Position numbers and translations under genes: made by a program. Positions 38,200-47,012 of a stretch of DNA of 64,000 nt are shown one piece after another. Location: positions 237,697 to 301,696 of the forward strand of contig CAVPIP010000002.1 of assembly GCA_963705025.1 (NCBI GenBank). Reading direction: 5' to 3'. This DNA is from an uncultured Gemmatimonadaceae bacterium. GTDB taxonomy: Bacteria; Gemmatimonadota; Gemmatimonadetes; Gemmatimonadales; Gemmatimonadaceae. The notes beneath the pieces are model-generated. The model searched no databases, was not told the origin of the DNA, and saw only the letters and a program-made list of their open reading frames with translations. Position 1 is the stretch's first letter; every line of letters begins with the position of its first letter.

Positions 38200-38284
38200 G
38201 CGCCGTCTGGCTGTTAGCGCCGTCTGGCTGTTAGCGCCGTTCGGCTGTTAGCGCCGTCAGCGGTTAGCTCCGTCTGGACTCTCA
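38200..38284. repeat. 17-nt family array, reverse orientation (GCGCCGTCTGGCTGTTA), 5 units
   Basis: Units start at 38200, 38217, 38234, 38251 and 38268. The last unit contains the stop codon (38282-38284) of the metallophosphoesterase gene. The penultimate unit gcgccgtcagcggtta matches the terminal unit of the 24333-24502 array. Confidence 0.85.
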
Positions 38285-40060
38285 GCCTGCGACGATCTCG
38301 ACTCGCTCCGGCGCCGCGAGCGCGACGCACCCGGACGCATCGATGCCGACTGTGTGAATGTAGAAATACACGTCGTCGCGACCGGTCGATGCCATCGTCG
38401 CCGATGGCGCCGAGAGGATGCGCAGCCCGCCGCACTCGCCCATCCAGTCGATGTGCCGGTGGCCGTGCATCACCACCACGTGATCCGCGAACGGACGCAG
38501 CAACCGCGTGAACCAATTCCCGTTGATGAGCGTCGTGCCGACTCGCTCGGCCAGTGCGTGTCCGAGCTTCGGGTGTTCGACGATGTGATGGTGCAGCGCC
38601 ACGATCCAGCACGCGCGCGGAAACTCTTTCAGCGCCGCCTCGAGCGAGCGCGCGTGGTCGAGCGGAACGAGCCCGAGCGCGTTCGTGAACGAGAAGTGCG
38701 TTTCGGCGTTCGAGTTGAGCGCGATGATGCCGAGACCGTCGGCCTCCGCGGGCGGCCGAACCATGGGAAAGAGCGACGTCCACACCTCGTCCGTGGCTCG
38801 CGCGAGACGGCGCGAGCCTTCGTCGGCGAAGGCGACGATCTCGCGAGCCTTCGGCGCGAGCAGTTGGTCCATGGTGCCGCCGACGCGCTTGTGGTCGGCG
38901 TCGACGACACGCACGTGCGTCCCCTGAATCGTCGCGAGCGCGGAGACCGTGCGCACTTCGCGCAACCGCTTCTTCGGGCTCGTCGGGAGGTCGAGCCGCG
39001 CGGGGTTCGCGCGGTCGACGATGTTGACGTCGTGATTCCCCGGGAGCGCCATCATGAGCGGCGTCAGGCGTGGAAAGCGCTCGAAGATGTCGAGCAGCTC
39101 CGCCCATTCCGCCGACGTGCCGGCATCGGTGAGATCGCCGGTGATCACGATCGCGTCGAGCGGCTCACGACGGTGCAGCTCGTCGAGCCGCTCGAGCACG
39201 ACGAGGAGCGCGTCGTTGCCGCGCGGCCCGGCGCGTCCGCTGCCGAGCCGAAAGCCGTAGCGCTCGCCGACGACGTGAATGTCCGACAGATGCGCGATCC
39301 GCCACGAGCGCCTGAGCTCGCGCTTCGTCGAGAACGTGCGCAGCTCTCGCGGCTCCGGCATCGTCGCGTCCGCGATGCCCCACACGAGCGCGGCCACCGC
39401 GAGATACGCGGACCCGACGACGACGGCGTTCGCGATCGCCGTCAACGCGAGCCAGTGCGGCGTGCGCAGATCGTTGAGTGTGCCGACCCAATGTGTCGCC
39501 GGCCAGACGAGCCGGATGATCACGATCGAGACCACACAGATCACGATGCCCGACAGCGCGGACGCGGCGGTGCGCGCGCGGGCGTGCTTCGTGTCGCTTG
39601 CGTCGGCGCCGACGAGTCGTCCCGACAGGTGAAGAAACGCCTCGCGCCACGCGACGTAACCGGGTTGAATCGCCATGGCGTTCAACGACCAGAAGCTTCG
39701 CTCCGCGATGCGCCAGAGTGGACGTCCGCCGAACCAGGCCAGTGTGAGCAGCACGGCGATGACGAAGATGCCGCCCAATCCGCTCACGCCGGGTCGCCCC
39801 GACGAGAGCGTACTGACCCAGATCGTCACGACCACCGGCACGAGTCCGACGAGCACCGCCGGCACGATGACCAGCAGCACGAACGCCGCGGCCATCTTTG
39901 GCAGGCTGACTTCGGCGAGGAGATTCCCGGCGAGCGCGAGCAGCGACCGGCTCTCGGTGCTCGACGCGTCCGTCTCGATGTCGCCGTCGCGTGGATCGAC
40001 GAGCGGCGTCCGACGGCCAAGTGTTCCAACGACTCGCGGGGCGCTTGCCATGTCGCCCAA
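38282..40060 (-). CDS. membrane-anchored metallophosphoesterase (calcineurin-like)
   Basis: The N-terminal ~250 aa carry multiple TM helices. Phosphoesterase motifs HLSDIHV, ITGDLTD, GNHD and MHGHRH follow. Confidence 0.8.
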   Translation of the reverse strand: MGDMASAPRVVGTLGRRTPLVDPRDGDIETDASSTESRSLLALAGNLLAEVSLPKMAAAFVLLVIVPAVLVGLVPVVVTIWVSTLSSGRPGVSGLGGIFVIAVLLTLAWFGGRPLWRIAERSFWSLNAMAIQPGYVAWREAFLHLSGRLVGADASDTKHARARTAASALSGIVICVVSIVIIRLVWPATHWVGTLNDLRTPHWLALTAIANAVVVGSAYLAVAALVWGIADATMPEPRELRTFSTKRELRRSWRIAHLSDIHVVGERYGFRLGSGRAGPRGNDALLVVLERLDELHRREPLDAIVITGDLTDAGTSAEWAELLDIFERFPRLTPLMMALPGNHDVNIVDRANPARLDLPTSPKKRLREVRTVSALATIQGTHVRVVDADHKRVGGTMDQLLAPKAREIVAFADEGSRRLARATDEVWTSLFPMVRPPAEADGLGIIALNSNAETHFSFTNALGLVPLDHARSLEAALKEFPRACWIVALHHHIVEHPKLGHALAERVGTTLINGNWFTRLLRPFADHVVVMHGHRHIDWMGECGGLRILSAPSATMASTGRDDVYFYIHTVGIDASGCVALAAPERVEIVAG

Positions 40061-40085
40061 AGTCGCAAGACGTGCGCTGCGAGGT

Positions 40086-41387
40086 CTACGGAGGCGTTGC
40101 TTTCCAGCCGTCGACTTTCGTCTCGGCGGTGAGCTGTGCGTACGTCCTCAGCTGTCCCGCGGCGACGGCGGCGAGCACATGGTGGATCGGCGAGATGCCC
40201 GAGACGAAGGCGCCGGTGTTGCTCGTCGGCACGGGTGGAGCGACGAAGCTCGTGCTGACGACCTTGCCGGTGCTGTCGGTGCCGGTCGCGGTCACGGTTC
40301 TCGCCCCGGTGCTGTCGGTGCTGACCACCACTTGCGCGAGCTTGAAGCCGAGCGACGGCAGCGGAGGCATCGGCGTGCTCGGCGCCGGCAGCGATCGAAT
40401 GAACGTGCTGGTCGAATCGATCGGCAGCGTCGCGACGTTGCGATAAAACGTTCGCTCGAGACCGAGTCCGGTGAAGAGGTACTGCTCGACGTTGGAGCAA
40501 TAGAACGCCGTCACGACGGCGTTGCGCTCCCGCACGTAGTCGCCGACGGCGCGAATCGTCTTCGCGCCGGCGAAGTCGCCGACGAGGGGCACGACGAGGT
40601 TGCGGCTCTCGAAATTCCGCAGCCACCGGTAGTTCGTTTCGTTCGCGAGGAACGCCATGTTGCGGCCGTCTGCGTTCGTCAGCGACTGCAGCTCGGCGAA
40701 GCTCACGAGCCAGGCCGTGGCGCTGGGCGGCGCGCCGAGATGGTACGCATAGCTGATCGCGGGTCCGGCCTCGAAGAACGCCTGAAAGACGTGTCGCATC
40801 GACGCGGAATCGGCGGCCGAGATCGCGAAGCCATGCGCCACTCGCAGCCGGTCGACGACCGCCTTCCAATTCACCGCGAACGCCGAGTCGCTGGCGGGTA
40901 CGTCGCTCATTGCCGCAAAAAGATCGGCCGGTGTCGCCGCGCTCGAGAGCGACGGCGGAAGCGGTCGCGAAAACAGGTGCGACACGAACTCCTGGCGCGA
41001 CGCGGACAACTCGAACAGCGCCTTGTACATCAAGTGCAGCATCGCGTTCTGGCGCCGAATGTCGATGATGACCGCGAGCCGCGGCGCCAGGTTCGTGATG
41101 TACGTGAAATTCTGCTCCGGTCCGACGCCGACGTACACGCCGTTCGGCGTGAGCGTCCGCTGGAGCGTCGGGATGACCTGTTGGTACAACTTCTCGTTCG
41201 AGACGAAGTTCTCGGAGGGAAAAGTTCCGCTTTCCTCGGAGAGCGTCGTGAAGAGACGCCAGAATTCCCGGTCGGTGAGCGAGTCGGGAAGGGAGCTCGC
41301 GCCCTGCGCCGCGGACAGCCGCGGCGCAATCGCCAGGCTGGCACACAGCGTCGCGGCACGGACGGCGCGTCGGGACACGAGGGGCAT
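40086..41387 (-). CDS. secreted conserved hypothetical protein
   Basis: Start at internal ATG 41387 (MPLVSRRAVRAATLCASLAIAPRLSAAQG). Well-formed protein sequence (SENFVSNEKLYQQVIP, VYVGVGPEQNFTYI, FYCSNVEQYLF). I could not name the family. Confidence 0.6.
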   Translation of the reverse strand: MPLVSRRAVRAATLCASLAIAPRLSAAQGASSLPDSLTDREFWRLFTTLSEESGTFPSENFVSNEKLYQQVIPTLQRTLTPNGVYVGVGPEQNFTYITNLAPRLAVIIDIRRQNAMLHLMYKALFELSASRQEFVSHLFSRPLPPSLSSAATPADLFAAMSDVPASDSAFAVNWKAVVDRLRVAHGFAISAADSASMRHVFQAFFEAGPAISYAYHLGAPPSATAWLVSFAELQSLTNADGRNMAFLANETNYRWLRNFESRNLVVPLVGDFAGAKTIRAVGDYVRERNAVVTAFYCSNVEQYLFTGLGLERTFYRNVATLPIDSTSTFIRSLPAPSTPMPPLPSLGFKLAQVVVSTDSTGARTVTATGTDSTGKVVSTSFVAPPVPTSNTGAFVSGISPIHHVLAAVAAGQLRTYAQLTAETKVDGWKATPP

Positions 41388-41523
41388 GGGACTCCGCGGG
41401 AGACGAATCCTCGACAACCAAAGATCGCCGCGGGCCGCGGCGACCGCCACGGCGTTGTCGTCGTGGCGCTTCGCTTGCAGATGTTGTGTCCGTTCGACTG
41501 CCGTCAATCAGTGGAGCGTTGCC

Positions 41524-42063
41524 ATGGCTGAGATTCTCGTCGAGTTCGACACCGCCGTATACGGCGCCGACGGCACGCGGTGGGCGCCTCGCGTGTGCGG
41601 AGGCGTCGCGGTCGATGGCCTGTGGGAAGGGTGGATCGAATTCACACCGATCGACGAAGCGATCGACGGGGTGCGCACGGCGCGCGAGACCGAGCAGCCC
41701 AATCGCGGCGATCTGATGTACTGGGCGCAAGGCCTCACGCAGACGTACCTGGAAGGTGCGCTGAGTCGCGCGCTCTCTCGGCCGCCGGCTCGCCCGAGAC
41801 GTGCGTCGCGCTTTGATTCAGCGCCACGCCGCCCGCTGCCCGCGGACGTCGCCGTCGCGCGGCCCGTGCTCAATCCGTTCGACGTGTATCAGCAGGGCGA
41901 AGATGTGCTCGTGAAGGAGCTCTCGGCGCTGGACGTCAGGCGTGTGCGCGACATCGCGGTCGCGTTCGGGTTTCTGAGCCCGGCGGCGGCAAGCGGCAAG
42001 ACGCGCGACGAGTTGACTCCCGCCATCGTCGCGGGCGTTCGATATCCGGTTGCCGATCGCTAG
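41524..42063 (+). CDS. hypothetical protein
   Basis: Begins at ATG 41524 (MAEILVEFDTAVYGADGTRW...). 179 aa, globular-looking ends joined by a Pro/Arg-rich linker. Divergent from the 40086..41387 gene. Confidence 0.5.
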   Translation: MAEILVEFDTAVYGADGTRWAPRVCGGVAVDGLWEGWIEFTPIDEAIDGVRTARETEQPNRGDLMYWAQGLTQTYLEGALSRALSRPPARPRRASRFDSAPRRPLPADVAVARPVLNPFDVYQQGEDVLVKELSALDVRRVRDIAVAFGFLSPAAASGKTRDELTPAIVAGVRYPVADR

Positions 42064-42150
42064 CCGCGCCGCGGCGGACTTGGTTGCAGGCGTCAGCGGG
42101 CCGTCGTCCAGCTAGAACTGCCGCACGACCCATAGCGAGGCCGCCTGCTC

Positions 42151-44619
42151 ATGGCGCACCAGATCATTCCGGCGAACATTCGGCTTGCCGCCCGTACGCT
42201 GCGCCGCGAGCCGACGTTTGCGATTACGGCCATCCTGTCGCTCGCGGTGGCGATCGCGCTCAACACCTCGATGTACAGCATGTTCGACGCGATGCTCCGC
42301 CCGCGCGTCGCCGGTGGACATCCCGAGCGCGTCTACACGTTGCAGTACTACGGCGACGTCCGGCACGTCCTTCCGCGCGACGCTGTGGCGCAGGCGCTCG
42401 CGACCGGCGAACGCACCTATGACGCGCTGACAGGCTACCGGCGCGCGACGGCGACGGTGGCCATCGCGCGCGGGGATCGCGTGCGTGAGGCGTCGCCGCT
42501 CGTCGTCCGCCCGGACTTCTTCGACGTCATGGGCGTGCGGCCGATCGAGGGCGCGTTCGTGGGCTCGAGCGCCGGCGAGCAACAGTCGATCGTCATCAGC
42601 GACCGTCTGCGCGGCGAGCTCTTTCCGGACTCGCGCCAGGTCGTTGGCACCACCGTCGTCCTCGACAACCGGCCGAGCACGATCGTCGGCGTCGCGCGGC
42701 GATACCCGGCGTTTTCGGTGCTCGATGCCGACGTATGGGTGATCGCGAGCGGCGCGAACAACGAGCAAGTGCCGATCAACCTGATCCGAGCGCGCGCCGG
42801 CGCAGCCAAGGAGGACCTTTTCGCCGAGCTGTCGACGCTGGCGGCGAGACTCGCCGTGGCCGCGGGCGAATCGCCGCGCGACACGCGCTTCTACATCAAG
42901 CCGATTCTACTCCAGTTCACGATGTGGGGCTTCCACTACGCGCTCATCGCCGGCGTGTTGGCCATCCTGTTCGTCGCGTGCGCGAACCTCGGCAACCTGC
43001 AGCTCGCGCGGAGCTTGAACCGTGGAACCGAGATCGCCGTGCGGTCGGCGGTGGGCGCGTCGCGGCGCGACATCGTCGAGCTGCTGCTGATCGAAGTGGC
43101 GGTGCTCGCCGGCGCCGGATTGGCGCTCGGGCTGACGCTGAGTCTCTGGGCGAGCGCACTGCTTCGCGCGATGATCCCGGAGTCCGCGGGCGGGTTCGCG
43201 GCGGCGCCCGAAGTGAGCTGGCGGATGGTGGCCTTCGCCGTCGTCGCTTCGGCCTGTTGCGTTCTCCTCGTCGGTCTCGCGCCGGCGATTCGCGCGTCGC
43301 GCGCCGATTTGAATTCTCTCATCAAGCGCGGCGCCGGCACCGGCGCGCACCGTGACAACCGCCGTCGCTATGGCTGGCTGTTGGTCGTCCAGATCGCCTT
43401 GACCCTTCCGGTGGTGAGCGCCGCGGCGCTGCTCGGCCGCGCCGGCTGGCAGATGCACCAGCCGATGTACGAAGCCACGCAGATCTACGGCTTCGATCCG
43501 GATTCGGTCATCGTGGCGCATGTGACGATCGCCGCTCCGCGCGGCGAATACGTCCCTGTCGCCCCGATCGCGGACCGCCTCCTCGGCGACGCGCGATCGA
43601 TTCCGAACGTTGCCAACGCCGCGGTGCTGTTGTTCGCGTCGCCGGCCAATGGCGGCGTGGTGATCGCCGACAGCTCCGGGCGCATGCACGAGTTCCCGAC
43701 GCCGATGTGGAGCTACGGGCTCATCTCGCCGGCCTACTATCGCACGCTTGGCCTGCCGATCGAGCGTGGTATGGACTTGATCGAGGGCGCGTATGACGCA
43801 TCCGCGGTCGTGGTAGACCGCGCGACGTCGACGTACTTCTGGCCCGACGGGTTTCGCCCGGGATCGATGATCAAGCTGGGCGACCTTCGGTCGTCGGAGC
43901 CCTGGCTGCCGGTGAAGGGCGTGCGCGGCGATCACCTCGATCCGGACGCACGGCTCTGGCGCGCGTGGTTCGACACGCTGCGTGTCGAGGAGGTCGTGCG
44001 CGTGATCACGACGAGGGATTCCGTTCGCGCCGGGAGAAAGGGAGTTCAGGTGAGGCTCTATGCGCGCGCCAGGCGAAATCCGCAGGCTGTCGCGATCGCG
44101 CTGCGCCAGCAGCTTCGAAGCCGCAACGTCACGCCGCCTGCCACCGTGGCCTGGATGGCCGACGAGCTGGGCATCACGAGCCAGCGCGCGCGGCAGCAGT
44201 TCATGATCGGCATCTTCAGCGGCGCGGCGGTGATCTGCCTTGCGCTCGCGGCGCTCGGCGTCTACGGCATCGTCGCGCAATCGATCGCGCAGCGGCGGCG
44301 TGAGATCGCCGTGCGTGTTTCGTTGGGCGCGCGCCCCGGCGACGTCGTTCGCATGATCATGCGCGAGGGCAACGTGTTCGCGCTCGCGGGAATCGCCGCG
44401 GGGCTCGTCATCACCATGCGAACGATGGGTTGGCTCGGTGCCTTCATGGGCCGGGGCCGGCCAGCGGAATCACCCGACGCGTGGAAGGATCAGCTGGCCG
44501 GATCGCTGACGTTCACGTTGGTGGGCGTGGCGCTCTTTCTCACGGCGGCGCTGGCGGCACTGCTGCCGGCGGTTCGCGCGGCGCGAATCGATCCCGTCGA
44601 GGCGCTCAAGTCGGAGTGA
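42151..44619 (+). CDS. duplicated MacB/FtsX-type ABC permease (ADOP family), second copy, no adjacent ATPase
   Basis: Same architecture as 34683..37109: FAITAILSLAVAIALNTS near the N-terminus and a C-terminal FtsX half ending RIDPVEALKSE. 822 aa, intact. Confidence 0.85.
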   Translation: MAHQIIPANIRLAARTLRREPTFAITAILSLAVAIALNTSMYSMFDAMLRPRVAGGHPERVYTLQYYGDVRHVLPRDAVAQALATGERTYDALTGYRRATATVAIARGDRVREASPLVVRPDFFDVMGVRPIEGAFVGSSAGEQQSIVISDRLRGELFPDSRQVVGTTVVLDNRPSTIVGVARRYPAFSVLDADVWVIASGANNEQVPINLIRARAGAAKEDLFAELSTLAARLAVAAGESPRDTRFYIKPILLQFTMWGFHYALIAGVLAILFVACANLGNLQLARSLNRGTEIAVRSAVGASRRDIVELLLIEVAVLAGAGLALGLTLSLWASALLRAMIPESAGGFAAAPEVSWRMVAFAVVASACCVLLVGLAPAIRASRADLNSLIKRGAGTGAHRDNRRRYGWLLVVQIALTLPVVSAAALLGRAGWQMHQPMYEATQIYGFDPDSVIVAHVTIAAPRGEYVPVAPIADRLLGDARSIPNVANAAVLLFASPANGGVVIADSSGRMHEFPTPMWSYGLISPAYYRTLGLPIERGMDLIEGAYDASAVVVDRATSTYFWPDGFRPGSMIKLGDLRSSEPWLPVKGVRGDHLDPDARLWRAWFDTLRVEEVVRVITTRDSVRAGRKGVQVRLYARARRNPQAVAIALRQQLRSRNVTPPATVAWMADELGITSQRARQQFMIGIFSGAAVICLALAALGVYGIVAQSIAQRRREIAVRVSLGARPGDVVRMIMREGNVFALAGIAAGLVITMRTMGWLGAFMGRGRPAESPDAWKDQLAGSLTFTLVGVALFLTAALAALLPAVRAARIDPVEALKSE

Positions 44620-44664
44620 AGGCGGCGGAGGGAGGCGGCAACAGCGCGATGAGATTGGGGCCGA

Positions 44665-45021
44665 TCAGTACCCCTCGCCGCGGTCGTTCAACCGTTCGCG
44701 CGCATAGCGTACCGCGAAGCCGTGCGCGTCGGCGATTTCGTCCGGCACCTCTTCCCACGCCAGCAACGCCTCCTCGTACTCTTCTCCGGCGGCTTCCTTC
44801 GCGTCCGCGAGCGACGCATGCAGCGTGTCGCCCCCGAACTCGCCGTGGGCGGTATAGCGAAACACCATCGCACTCCCGACGTCGTCCGACACCAGCAGCA
44901 CGACATCAGCCACCGGCAGCATCTTGTCCGGCTCCAGCGGATGATTCGCCGTCTGCACGACATGGCGCTCACCAGCGATCGGGCCGATGAGCGCGATGAG
45001 TCGGGTTTTGTCAGAGGTCAT
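44665..45021 (-). CDS. small acidic hypothetical protein
   Basis: ORF 44665..45057. The start could be 45057 or ATG 45021 (MTSDKTRLIALIG...). No recognised motif. Confidence 0.4.
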   Translation of the reverse strand: MTSDKTRLIALIGPIAGERHVVQTANHPLEPDKMLPVADVVLLVSDDVGSAMVFRYTAHGEFGGDTLHASLADAKEAAGEEYEEALLAWEEVPDEIADAHGFAVRYARERLNDRGEGY

Positions 45022-45069
45022 GGGTGTCTCGTCGACCTTTCTCAAATGTACGAACACGCGGGAATCGAC

Positions 45070-46119
45070 TCAGCCGGGCTTTCCGTCGACGAGCTCGATC
45101 GCCAGCCCGTCAGGATCCTCGATCATGAACGCCCGCGTTTCTCCGAACGGATGCGGAGCTTCGAGCACTTTCACGCCGTCTCGCCGAAGCGTCGCGTACA
45201 GCGCGTCGAAGTTGTCGACGCTGAACGCGACGTGATCCAGCACCTGGCCGCGGGAAGGTACGAGTTTCTGGTCGCGGCCGCAGCGGTCGGCGACGCATTG
45301 CCGAGGATACCACGACATCGTCCCGTTGCCGAACCGCACGCTTCCCGACGGCTGACGGATCGTCCCGATCGGCTCCAGTGACGGCCAACCGGCGTCGCCA
45401 TATGGCACTTCGCACGGATTCCACGGCGCGCGCGCCGTTTCCTTGCCGCGCGAGTCCCGCACCGGCGGCAGCTCCATGCCGAGGTGCTCGACGTACCAGT
45501 TCGCGGCACACAGCGGCTGCTCGTGATAGAAATGAATGTGCGAGAACGACGCCGTCGTGCCGGGCCCGCCCGTCAGCTCGAACAGCACGCCGTCCGGCGC
45601 GACGACGTAACTGAAACCGCCGTCGCGTGGCGGTGCGGTCGCAACGGTCGTCAGTTGCGCGGCGTTCGGAGTGCCCGCGTACGGCGCGAGGCCCGAGCGC
45701 CACACGGTCTGCGTCGAATCTGTGGCCGAGATGAACAATGGAAGGTGAACGACGCCGGCGCCGTTCAAGCGCTCCTTGATGTCGGTGGTGTTGACGAACG
45801 CGCCGATGTGCCAGAAGGCGCTCTGCGGTTCGGCGCGATGCAGATCGTCGCGCCACGCGCCCGGCGGCGGATGGTCGACCGCGTTGAACAGCACGAGCAT
45901 CGCGGCTGCGCTGTCGCCGCGAACAGCCGGAAATCCAGCGACGGTCGTGCGCGTCGCGCTCGGCCACACCTTCAGGTACCACGCGATGGCTCGCTCGGCG
46001 TCGACGGTGTTCAATCCGACGTGGTGAAGACGCGGCATCGACGTCTGCGCTGTCGCCACTCGAAGAGGCAGCAGTGCGCCGATGGTGAGAACGAGTCGGG
46101 ACATTCGAAAGAAGGACAT
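45070..46119 (-). CDS. secreted two-domain VOC (glyoxalase/dioxygenase fold) protein
   Basis: Start at internal ATG 46119 (MSFFRMSRLVLTIGALLPLRVATAQ). VOC starts LHHVGLNTVD and LDHVAFSVDNFD. C-terminus FMIEDPDGLAIELV. Confidence 0.75.
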   Translation of the reverse strand: MSFFRMSRLVLTIGALLPLRVATAQTSMPRLHHVGLNTVDAERAIAWYLKVWPSATRTTVAGFPAVRGDSAAAMLVLFNAVDHPPPGAWRDDLHRAEPQSAFWHIGAFVNTTDIKERLNGAGVVHLPLFISATDSTQTVWRSGLAPYAGTPNAAQLTTVATAPPRDGGFSYVVAPDGVLFELTGGPGTTASFSHIHFYHEQPLCAANWYVEHLGMELPPVRDSRGKETARAPWNPCEVPYGDAGWPSLEPIGTIRQPSGSVRFGNGTMSWYPRQCVADRCGRDQKLVPSRGQVLDHVAFSVDNFDALYATLRRDGVKVLEAPHPFGETRAFMIEDPDGLAIELVDGKPG

Positions 46120-46231
46120 GCACGCAGCATGCAGCGGTCGAGATGGCGGTGCAACTCCCAACGGGCGCCCGCGCACCACCACGCGGCATTTGGGTTCGAC
46201 TCGGCAACCACGTCGTTGTAGTTTGCCGCAC

Positions 46232-46999
46232 ATGCGCATTGCGCCTTGGTCGGATCCTGTGCTCGAGGACATCACGCGCGCCATCGTCGACGGGTTTCAT
46301 CCGTCGCGGATCGTATTGTTCGGCAGCCGCGCGCGAGGCGACTCGCGCGACGACAGTGACTACGACTTGATGGTCGAGCTCGATTCGACTCGTGGCGCGC
46401 TCGAGGTGAGACGCGAGGTGGATTCGGCGCTCTCCAGCTTTCGCGCGTCGGTGGACGTCAAGATCCGGCGTCCGGGCGAGTTCGAGCAAAGGCGCGACGA
46501 TCCGGGCACGATCGACTACGACATCGCTCGCGAGGGCCTGATTCTCCACCCGGAGGGCGTCCGCGGATCAGTCATTCCTCGGACGACGTCTCGCGTCCGG
46601 GAGCCGGAGCCGGGCACGCCGAAATCGGTCGCTGTCTGGCTCGAACGTGCCGACGAGGATCGCCGCATCGTCGAACAGTTGCTTCTCGCCGCGCAGCCAG
46701 CGTGGGGCGGCATTGCGTTTCACGCGCAGCAGGCGGCGGAGAAGCATCTCAAGGCGCTGTTGGTGTCACAGTGGCGCAAGCCGCCGCGCACCCACAGCCT
46801 CGCGTTGCTGGTCGACACGCTGCGCTCCGCGGGATGCGTTTTGCCGGACGTCGCTCGAGAATGTGAGACGTTGAAACCGTACAGCGTCGATGTGCGCTAT
46901 CCGGAGGACCAAGTCGTGCCGACGGAAAACGAGGGACGCGCAGCGGTGGGCGCGTCGGCCAGGATCGTCGACGTGGTTCGCGCTCGACTCCCGGGTTGA
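46232..46999 (+). CDS. single-polypeptide fusion of a minimal nucleotidyltransferase (MNT) and a HEPN domain
   Basis: MNT signature LFGSRARGDSRDDSDYDLMV (GS-x9/10-D-x-D). HEPN-like C-terminal half with AFHAQQAAEKHLKALL, RKPPRTH (R-x5-H) and VDVRYP. Confidence 0.8.
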   Translation: MRIAPWSDPVLEDITRAIVDGFHPSRIVLFGSRARGDSRDDSDYDLMVELDSTRGALEVRREVDSALSSFRASVDVKIRRPGEFEQRRDDPGTIDYDIAREGLILHPEGVRGSVIPRTTSRVREPEPGTPKSVAVWLERADEDRRIVEQLLLAAQPAWGGIAFHAQQAAEKHLKALLVSQWRKPPRTHSLALLVDTLRSAGCVLPDVARECETLKPYSVDVRYPEDQVVPTENEGRAAVGASARIVDVVRARLPG

Positions 47000-47012
47000 C
47001 GCTTCGTTGCCG

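Noticed and set aside
24333-38284. The regularly spaced repeats at 24.3, 32.4-32.7 and 38.0-38.3 kb as CRISPR arrays
   Set aside because: Units are 17 nt and directly abut each other with no unique spacers. The arrays occur in both orientations and no cas genes are present. This is a tandem microsatellite-like repeat, not CRISPR.
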